From an uncultured virus (IMG/VR IMGVR_UViG_2875292628_000003) (lineage: Duplodnaviria > Heunggongvirae > Uroviricota > Caudoviricetes), in IMG/VR virus record IMGVR_UViG_2875292628_000003: 64,000 nucleotides of DNA. One strand, written 5' to 3'. The notes beneath the pieces were generated by a model. The model was not told where the DNA came from. It worked only from the letters and a program-made list of their open reading frames with translations, and searched no databases. The position numbers and the translations under genes are program-made. This document shows positions 57,151-64,000 of the stretch, piece by piece. The stretch's first letter is position 1, and each line of letters starts with the position of its first letter.

Positions 57151-57423
57151 TTAAAAGTTAACTTTAAAAGTGTTACTTACAGGGCTATCAGTAATAATTT
57201 CTACTACATAACCTAATTTTGAGAAATGAATTTTTGCCTCTTCTAAATACTCTAAACTCACGGCACTTTTGTCAAAACTCCAACTGGAAAACCGTTTTCC
57301 AAAACACGAGTCAGCTTTAATTGCATTACTGAGAATATTAATAATATCAAGAACGGTTGGATTGCTTTGCTCCGCAATTTTTGCAGCTTCAGCAGCGGTA
57401 ATACTAGATGACATAGTGAACAT
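57151..57423 (-). CDS. Hypothetical moron protein
   Basis: AGGAG RBS and upstream TTGAGG-N18-TATAAT. Confidence 0.6.
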   Translation of the reverse strand: MFTMSSSITAAEAAKIAEQSNPTVLDIINILSNAIKADSCFGKRFSSWSFDKSAVSLEYLEEAKIHFSKLGYVVEIITDSPVSNTFKVNF

Positions 57424-57501
57424 TCTCCTAAATTGTTAGTGTTCTCTACATTATAGTAAGCACGTGATAATAACCTCAAAAAAAACCTTTAAAATTACAA
57501 A

Positions 57502-58341
57502 CTATTCATTACTACTATCTTCAGGCTCCACTTCACCAGCTTCAATTAACGCTAACTTACGCATAAACGCCTCTTCTTTTTTCTTTTTCATATTAGCTTT
57601 TGCAATTGCCATTCTTTCTTCAGCACCTGAAATAACTGAACTACGCCGTGCTTGAACTTCCGATTGGTCTTTAAGATCATCTACATCTAAGCCCCAGAAC
57701 ATTGCCTCAGTTCGAGCAATGTTAGAAATGCTGATACTTTGTTTAACGTTCAAATCAACCACTTGACTAATCAAGCCCATTTTAAACTTAACCAGCGCTA
57801 ATTCATCTTCAGTAGGATTATTCAGATTAAGGACTTCATCTCTAATATGAATAACACTATCGATAGTATCTGTAATTAACTCACCCAGCTTATGAGCTCG
57901 TATACGGTTATTTTTGACAACAAGAGCTGACTTTAGATAGTTCTCGTTGACTGTAGAACGCCCGCCGTTGTTATTACCATTATTTTTAGAGTTTTGACTA
58001 TTAAATTCAGCAATATTTGACGTTTTTTTGACGGAATTTTGACTATCACTTTTTTCTGATTTATCAGTATTTTGTGTATCTTCTTGACCATTATTTTTTT
58101 TGGTCAATTTTTTAATCTCTTTATTGAGCTCTTGGGCTGTCTTTTTGACTAAAGATTTAGCTTTCTTTTTCCATTTCTCAGCAAGTGCTTTACGGCGTAC
58201 AACGGATGGCGAAGGCATCTCACAACCGAGTTCTTCGCCAACCTGATCAACTAAAGCTTGCCATGTAATCTTAGGTGAAGATTCATAGACTTCTTTTAGC
58301 CGGTTCCAAATTTCTTCCGAGTATTCAATCTTGCGAGCCAT
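57502..58341 (-). CDS. Terminase small subunit-like protein
   Basis: N-terminal HTH (V.RKA..EKW), helical body, IARTEAMFWGLD C-terminal motif. Confidence 0.55.
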   Translation of the reverse strand: MARKIEYSEEIWNRLKEVYESSPKITWQALVDQVGEELGCEMPSPSVVRRKALAEKWKKKAKSLVKKTAQELNKEIKKLTKKNNGQEDTQNTDKSEKSDSQNSVKKTSNIAEFNSQNSKNNGNNNGGRSTVNENYLKSALVVKNNRIRAHKLGELITDTIDSVIHIRDEVLNLNNPTEDELALVKFKMGLISQVVDLNVKQSISISNIARTEAMFWGLDVDDLKDQSEVQARRSSVISGAEERMAIAKANMKKKKEEAFMRKLALIEAGEVEPEDSSNE

Positions 58342-58354
58342 TAAAGTCTATCCC

Positions 58355-59041
58355 TTATTCAGCAAATAGACCTATTTGTTTCACTTCATCTAAAGCTTGC
58401 TGCTGTAAAGAAGCCTTGCTAAAACGTTTTTTATTTTGGATAAGATCAATTAAAGCTTTTTGCTGTAAATCATTCTCTTCACGCTGGAAAACATCATCAA
58501 TAGCCATCTCTAAATTACGGATTTGTTTTGCACGATTCTGTTCACACTCACGAACAATACGCATAAGAGTGTGAAGTTCAGGTAAAACCTTTTCTTGAAT
58601 AGACTGGTCTTGCGATAAACAAGCTTGAATCAGCCCCTTTGATGCTTCAAGCAGCTCTACAGTTAAGGCTTTCGGGAAAGATGCAATATGCTGTGCTGCA
58701 GCCATACTTAATTGAAATGCCATGGCTTGAGTGTATTCACTCATCATTTCACCTAGACTGTTAAACAGAATACCAGCTACAGAAGCTGTTTTGTCTAGTT
58801 CTGGCTCAATAGTAAAACCAAGAACCCAGTCGGCTGAAACACCGTATTTTTGACATAGCACCGAAAGTAATTCTGCATCTGGCATTAACTTACCATTTTC
58901 GATTTCACTCATTCGGTTTTTATGTGGTGTACCGAATATCTCTAAAGCTACGTCTTCTTGACGTAATTGAGCCATATCACGCGCCATTGCAAGTTTTCTT
59001 CCAATAAGTACTCGACGTTGCAAATCGCTCTTTTTCGCCAT
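58355..59041 (-). CDS. XRE-family HTH protein with helical C-terminus
   Basis: LAMARDMAQLRQEDVA...MSEIENGK..PD...YGVSADWVLG. Confidence 0.8.
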   Translation of the reverse strand: MAKKSDLQRRVLIGRKLAMARDMAQLRQEDVALEIFGTPHKNRMSEIENGKLMPDAELLSVLCQKYGVSADWVLGFTIEPELDKTASVAGILFNSLGEMMSEYTQAMAFQLSMAAAQHIASFPKALTVELLEASKGLIQACLSQDQSIQEKVLPELHTLMRIVRECEQNRAKQIRNLEMAIDDVFQREENDLQQKALIDLIQNKKRFSKASLQQQALDEVKQIGLFAE

Positions 59042-59731
59042 TTAAATGCTTCTCCCAGCTAACCAATCAAAATCTACAGTTTTTGACAACCAATCAGTTT
59101 CATCAGTAAAAACGCACGAAAGCCAGACACAACCCTCTTCACATGGTTCTGCCAGCTTAATTTGTTCACTTATGAAAATATTGTCGTCTTTGAATAACAA
59201 GCCATCACCTTTGACACTATCAATTAGTAGTTTTGGATAGTTATCAATATCAAATCGTGGATAAGTTTTAGCGCTGTAAGAACGAGTTTTAAGTGGTGGC
59301 TGAACAATTAACCGTATTTCACAAAGTTGATCGATAGCTTTTAACTTAAGTGCTCTAAACATAGGTCCATATTGTTTTTGAACCTTGTCCTTATACTTTT
59401 TAGCACCTACTGAAAGACTATTTCTTTGCTTTCCGTTCTGATCAATTGTAGCCCGCCAAATCTCGTTAGCGCTTAATCCATAAGGCAATTTGATTGTGAT
59501 GTATTGCTTACCAAAAATGATAACACCACCTGTACTTCCCCTATACACACTATTTTCACCATCATTTTCTTTTTCTACATGGCACGGGAAAAACACATGT
59601 TTATTTGAGCTAGCTTTATGCTTTTTAACTTTGTCATTACCTGATGAAACACTGAAATCCTTAAAGAATTCCTGTCTTTTATTATTGGAGAAAAACTCGC
59701 TCCACTGACGGCGGTTACTTTTTTTAATCAT
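59042..59731 (-). CDS. rusA: RusA-family Holliday junction resolvase
   Basis: LP...SAN..WR, DIDNYPKLLIDS...DDN. Confidence 0.85.
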   Translation of the reverse strand: MIKKSNRRQWSEFFSNNKRQEFFKDFSVSSGNDKVKKHKASSNKHVFFPCHVEKENDGENSVYRGSTGGVIIFGKQYITIKLPYGLSANEIWRATIDQNGKQRNSLSVGAKKYKDKVQKQYGPMFRALKLKAIDQLCEIRLIVQPPLKTRSYSAKTYPRFDIDNYPKLLIDSVKGDGLLFKDDNIFISEQIKLAEPCEEGCVWLSCVFTDETDWLSKTVDFDWLAGRSI

Positions 59732-59774
59732 AACGACCTCAAATCAAGCAAGTAAGATTTACATAAACTTGAAG

Positions 59775-59815
59775 CTCTTCTTGCATGACATAATCCTTAA
59801 AAACACTTAGTTCCA
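59775..59815 (-). promoter_or_regulatory. Atypical late box upstream of rusA-HTH-terS
   Basis: TGGAACT present but N28 hexamer is GAAGAG (no terminal T); leader hairpin present. Confidence 0.4.
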
Positions 59816-60325
59816 GAATTATTAACCGTTAGATTTATTTAGAAGTACCCTTGTTCCAATTCATTATTTTTGTTTGTAAAAAAATGCTCTCTTTTATATA
59901 TGCAAAATATATTGATCCTCAAAAAAACATCGAGCTGGTCCTACTTACCAATGTGTCAGCACTTTTAGGATAGGGGCCCCTATCATTTCCTTCTTTTTAG
60001 TAATTTAATATCCAAACCCTTTTTACGTAGGATTTGCATCACACACCAAAATTTTAAAGGCCACATCTAGTTTCCCTTTATTATAAAATTATTACCTAGG
60101 GGTTGTTTAGAAATCTAAAACTTTTATAACTCTTACTCAGAAATTCTCTTTTTCATCAACCATAAATTACATAAAATATTATATTTATCCACAACTTAAA
60201 TAAGCTTGATTCTTTAATTGATAAACTCACTAGAATAATATTTCTTAAAATAATAGGAGTATATTGACAGAAAAAAGCTAAAATATTACTCTCTAAAAGT
60301 TTTCTTCATAAAAAAGCATCAAAAA

Positions 60326-60421
60326 ATGAAAACTATCATCGTAGCTTTTGTACTCTCAGCAATTTTGATCATTCTATCATTTTTATTTTACATGATTATA
60401 AAAACCCATTATAAGAAATAA
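60326..60421 (+). CDS. 31-aa single-TM peptide
   Basis: MKTIIVAFVLSAILIILSFLFYMIIKTHYKK; TTGACA-N17-TACTCT at 60264-60292; hairpin 60432-60463. Confidence 0.5.
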   Translation: MKTIIVAFVLSAILIILSFLFYMIIKTHYKK

Positions 60422-60693
60422 CAAAGAATTAAAAAAGCTCATTTCCGAACCAGAAATGAGCTTATGAAATCCACATAAACCTGAAATACTAAGTATGGCT
60501 ACTTAGCAATATTAAATTAAATGAATTTCTTTGAAGAATCAATATTTTTTTTAAAAAAGTATCTAAAAAAATTTAAAATTATTACAAATATTATAATTAT
60601 AGCTTTTAGCAAAGTTAATTTCTTTGCTGCTACAAAAAAGTAAAAGTTCAAAAAGAATAAAACTTCTAAAATTAGTTAACGGGACTAAGAAAA

Positions 60694-61149
60694 CTATTTT
60701 TTAAAAGTTGCTTTATAATGTTTGGAATTAAAATAATTTACAATCTCTTCCCCATTATTTTGATTTTTTTCTAAATTTAAGGTTAAAAAATCTAATTCCG
60801 ATTCCAAATTTATAAACTCGGGAATATATTCTTTGATAGGAGGGGGTGGCTTAGGGCCCCCTTCAGTAATTTTTTGAATAAACCCAGCTAACCATAAAAT
60901 GTATTCTTCTCTTAAATTATAAGAAGGAATCAAACTTACATCAATCTTTACCTTACAATCATTTTTACTTTTACTCAGTACTTCATTGAAATCAATAAAA
61001 TTATATTTCAGCTTATATTCTGTACCCTTAATTTCTTTTCGAATCACCTTCATAAGAATATACATATTTTCTAAAACATCTTTAGAAAATAGTTTTTCAT
61101 TTTTCATTTTTTTGTAAATAGTCTCAGCAAGAAAAAGATATTGTGGCAT
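60694..61149 (-). CDS. Hypothetical protein (very AT-rich moron)
   Basis: 151-aa ORF in AT-rich island. Confidence 0.55.
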   Translation of the reverse strand: MPQYLFLAETIYKKMKNEKLFSKDVLENMYILMKVIRKEIKGTEYKLKYNFIDFNEVLSKSKNDCKVKIDVSLIPSYNLREEYILWLAGFIQKITEGGPKPPPPIKEYIPEFINLESELDFLTLNLEKNQNNGEEIVNYFNSKHYKATFKK

Positions 61150-61604
61150 GTTACAAATTCCATTTCATAATTTCCTCTTATTCTATAATATAGAATTATT
61201 AAATTAATATTACAAGAATTTACTCAAAGTTTTTTATTTTAAATTTTGAAGTAATATCAAAATATTAAGATAGTAATTCCTAATAAAAAGGTCTATTTCT
61301 TTTTTAAGAAATAGACCTAGCGAAAAAAGCGCTCAAACCTAAAAATGGCTGATTTAGTATTAGCTGCCCTTATTCAAGTTGGTACTATTAAGTAATTTAG
61401 AAAATGCTCAATTAACCTCTCTCTTTAAATTTCTCTGCTTCCATCTAGTCCCTACATCTTATGAAATGGACCCCATATTGCATTCATATTCTTGAGCTGC
61501 TTCTCTTCGTAGTTAAGCCTTTTTCTGATTAGCTTGAACTTGGGTCGGGGTTAGCTTGTTTGGATTGTATTTTTTTGAGCGTTTTTTGCTGGTTGCTTTA
61601 GATT

Positions 61605-62138
61605 TCATTTGCACCCACCCCCTTTAGCTCTTAACTTTTCAGCAACTAAACGATCAGCTACACGCTTAACTCGATTCCAAACAAAGTTGTGATCAATTTC
61701 AGAACGACCTTGATAAATACGTTCAAGTTGAAATGCCGTAACTGAATAATCCACTTCTAAGGCCAGTAAATCCCAATCTTCATTAAAAGCTGTAGCGTAG
61801 GGGGTCAATTGGTTTTTCTGTGCCCAAATACGCAATTGGCGAGCATCTGGACCACGCTTTACAACTGGTTTTGGCTTAGATTTGATTAAACCAGTGGAAA
61901 GCGCCCATTCAACACAAGTTTCGCAACGACAACATAAACGCTTGTACATAGGGCCGGTGCCGTGAGGCATATTGAGATCACGCCCTAAAGACTCAACCTG
62001 TCGGATTTTATTACCAGGATGTTTCAGCCATTTCTTAACTGCTTTTTCTAATGCTTTTCGCTCATCAGATTTAGCTGCTACGTTTGAGTAAGCAACTAAT
62101 GCGTATTCAGATTTTTTCATATCAATAAATGCGTTCAC
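61605..62138 (-). CDS. Hypothetical protein with Cys/His cluster
   Basis: HGT..MY...CRCETC; coupled to dnaC-like gene. Confidence 0.6.
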   Translation of the reverse strand: MNAFIDMKKSEYALVAYSNVAAKSDERKALEKAVKKWLKHPGNKIRQVESLGRDLNMPHGTGPMYKRLCCRCETCVEWALSTGLIKSKPKPVVKRGPDARQLRIWAQKNQLTPYATAFNEDWDLLALEVDYSVTAFQLERIYQGRSEIDHNFVWNRVKRVADRLVAEKLRAKGGGCK

Positions 62139-62899
62139 TGTGCTTTACCTCCACCTATACGAGCATCATCCCAATCACATTCCACAATATCTAAGCCATC
62201 ATGTTGAAATCTTGACCATAGACGGTCCCCAAGATCTTCGCGGACCTCAGAAAGACTTAGGTTTGAAATCACAACTGTTGGCTTCAACTCGTCATAACGA
62301 GTGAGTAGAACCTTATGAACACTTTCAAGAAGTTGAGGACGTTTTTCAGCACGGTCATGTAAACCGTATTCATCAATAATTAATAAATCTTTTTTTACAT
62401 AGCGTTTTAGCGCTTCATCTTCACTATCACCACTACGGCGATAGGCACCCGCGATATCTTCAGCTAGATCTGCAGACGTAATGTAAATAGCTTCCCAGTT
62501 CTTAATGATGATATTTTTCAGAATTGATGAACCTAGATGTGTTTTACCCGTACCAGTACGGCCGACAAGAAGTAAATTTCGAAAAACACCTGAATTGAAA
62601 TCCATAGTGAACTTTTCACAAGTTTTACGAGCTTTGTCTTGTCCTTTGTGAGTTACTGCATAGTTGCTAAAGCCGCTATTTACATGTCTTTTAGGGATAC
62701 CAGCTCGAGCCATTTTCAAATTTAAAATACGATTGTTCTTATCGCTTTCATATTTTTCATTTGACTGCTTCATGATTTTTTCAACACAAGACTGACAAAC
62801 GATTCGACCATGTACATTGATCATTTGTTCTTTGTGGATCTTACAGATCTGGTTTGTATGGGAAATTTTATATTCCAATTTTTGAGGCACTGCGTTCAT
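62135..62899 (-). CDS. dnaC: DnaC/IstB-like helicase loader ATPase
   Basis: C..H...C..C, GRTGTGKTHL, LLIIDEYG, ISNL, DRLWSR. Confidence 0.9.
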   Translation of the reverse strand: MNAVPQKLEYKISHTNQICKIHKEQMINVHGRIVCQSCVEKIMKQSNEKYESDKNNRILNLKMARAGIPKRHVNSGFSNYAVTHKGQDKARKTCEKFTMDFNSGVFRNLLLVGRTGTGKTHLGSSILKNIIIKNWEAIYITSADLAEDIAGAYRRSGDSEDEALKRYVKKDLLIIDEYGLHDRAEKRPQLLESVHKVLLTRYDELKPTVVISNLSLSEVREDLGDRLWSRFQHDGLDIVECDWDDARIGGGKAQ

Positions 62900-63939
62900 A
62901 TCAATTCACCCTTCACAGCTGTGTGAGCAACCGGTTCATATTTCTTTGGCGCGCCCCATTGATCATTTACATTGCGTGGTAACGATTGATGGTTTGACTG
63001 TTGACCGGTAGTCATTTCGGGTTTTTCGTTTAGGTACCAAGATGCTTTGAAGGCACCCCAAGGATTTTGTCTTTTCAAACAATATTCGACGGCTTGCTGC
63101 AGTGTGATTCCTGCTTTTTGGGCTTCATTCAAAAGTGCTTCAAAAGCGTTTTCGGTGTTTTGAGCTTTCTTGGCTTTACGAACTTGTAAGAACTCAGCAG
63201 CGTCTTTCTCAGGTACACCATTTTTTTTCAAAGCACTCTTGAAACTAAATTTTGTTTGAGTCGATGAATCAACTTCGCCAACGGCGGAGTTGTTATTACC
63301 TTCTGGATTCTGATTAAAGGTTTCAGGATTCAGTGAATCAGGATTCAGATTAAAGGATTCAGGATTCAGGGCGTTTTGGTCTGAGATAGAAACAGTTTTA
63401 GAACCGTTATCTAACTGTTCTTGTTTGTTCCCACTACTGTTTGCTTGATTCGATTCGTTATCTTGATAACTGTTTTCAACAGCAGAACCAGTATTTTGAG
63501 GGGCAAACGGTCCTGTTTTATCGTAAAAATGCTTTAAATCAGCTTTATTTAACTGAATTGGTTTTCCAACAATTGTTTTGTTTTTCGGGTTACGTTCATA
63601 GACAGTGTAGATACCATTACGGTCAGGTAATTCACTGTCTTTCTCTAGCCCGTGCGGGTTTTGATGTTTAACAAAGTTAACGATATGGATAACATCAATA
63701 CCATCAGCGTTATATAACTCGATAAAACCGAACTTAGAAATGTTCTCTAACTGTTCTGCAACGTTTATATCGTCTGCAGGAAATAAAGACATTTTGATTT
63801 TCTTAGGTCGATTTTCGAGTCGGCCTTCGCGATCTGCTAAAGTCCAAAGACCAATAAATAGCAATCGTGCTTCATAAGGTAATTCAATAATGTCTTCATT
63901 CATAAAGAATGAGGGCTTAATATTTCTAGATCTTGCCAT
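62896..63939 (-). CDS. Phage replication initiator (lambda O-like role)
   Basis: MARSRNIKPSFF...LFIGLWTLADREGR N-terminus; FLQVRKAKK...WGAFKASW C-terminus; upstream of DnaC. Confidence 0.8.
   Translation of the reverse strand: MARSRNIKPSFFMNEDIIELPYEARLLFIGLWTLADREGRLENRPKKIKMSLFPADDINVAEQLENISKFGFIELYNADGIDVIHIVNFVKHQNPHGLEKDSELPDRNGIYTVYERNPKNKTIVGKPIQLNKADLKHFYDKTGPFAPQNTGSAVENSYQDNESNQANSSGNKQEQLDNGSKTVSISDQNALNPESFNLNPDSLNPETFNQNPEGNNNSAVGEVDSSTQTKFSFKSALKKNGVPEKDAAEFLQVRKAKKAQNTENAFEALLNEAQKAGITLQQAVEYCLKRQNPWGAFKASWYLNEKPEMTTGQQSNHQSLPRNVNDQWGAPKKYEPVAHTAVKGELI
63302..63369. repeat. Iteron-like repeats within initiator gene (candidate origin)
   Basis: TCAGGATTCAG at 63323, 63338, 63359 and TCTGGATTCTG at 63302. 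Confidence 0.55.
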
Positions 63940-64000
63940 TTCTTAAGCTGCCTCATATAAGTGTTCATGTGCAAAATTTGCACGTACTAAAGCTTCAGAG

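Noticed and set aside
57502..58341. P1-type pac site (clustered TGATCA) in terS-like gene
   Set aside because: Only one TGATCA noticed (about 58244); A-tracts are explained by Lys-rich coding
5023..59815. GGAACT as an ECF sigma -35 element
   Set aside because: No conserved -10 seen at 16-17 nt in the copies I checked; conservation is at 28 nt, and no sigma factor gene was recognised in the window

Overview
The whole window is part of a large, AT-rich temperate phage or prophage. The host is probably Acinetobacter or another Moraxellaceae member; this is inferred from composition and gene families, not shown directly. Almost all genes lie on the minus strand. Virion genes resemble phage P1: portal, prohead protease, major capsid, an intein-containing terminase, contractile tail sheath/tube/baseplate, a tape measure with a lysozyme-like domain, and DarA/DdrB/DarB-like antirestriction proteins. 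The replication module at the right end looks lambdoid instead (O-like initiator, DnaC, RusA). Cargo between late operons includes a PD-(D/E)XK-like protein, a RelE/Phd TA pair, two inverted antirepressor paralogues, a Tad1-like immune-signal sponge, a signal-peptide RHS toxin with immunity gene, an NTN protease and an orphan extended HicB. Main observations from reading the DNA: (1) about 15 copies of a late-promoter architecture, TGGAACY-N28-NANNNT, usually followed by a hairpin that hides the RBS; (2) a ~90-nt three-way-junction RNA with its own sigma70 promoter and U-tract, convergent on a DarA-N/PBECR RNase-fold gene, a candidate protein-RNA toxin/antitoxin or RNP; (3) a probable overprinted gene inside the DarB-like linker; (4) a tail sheath split into two genes; (5) a baseplate spike fused to a ~3,300-aa fibre; (6) a recurrent F/Y-D-S motif in head proteins. 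No integrase, endolysin, tRNA, rRNA or CRISPR array was seen. All family assignments come from motif recognition by eye, without database searches.
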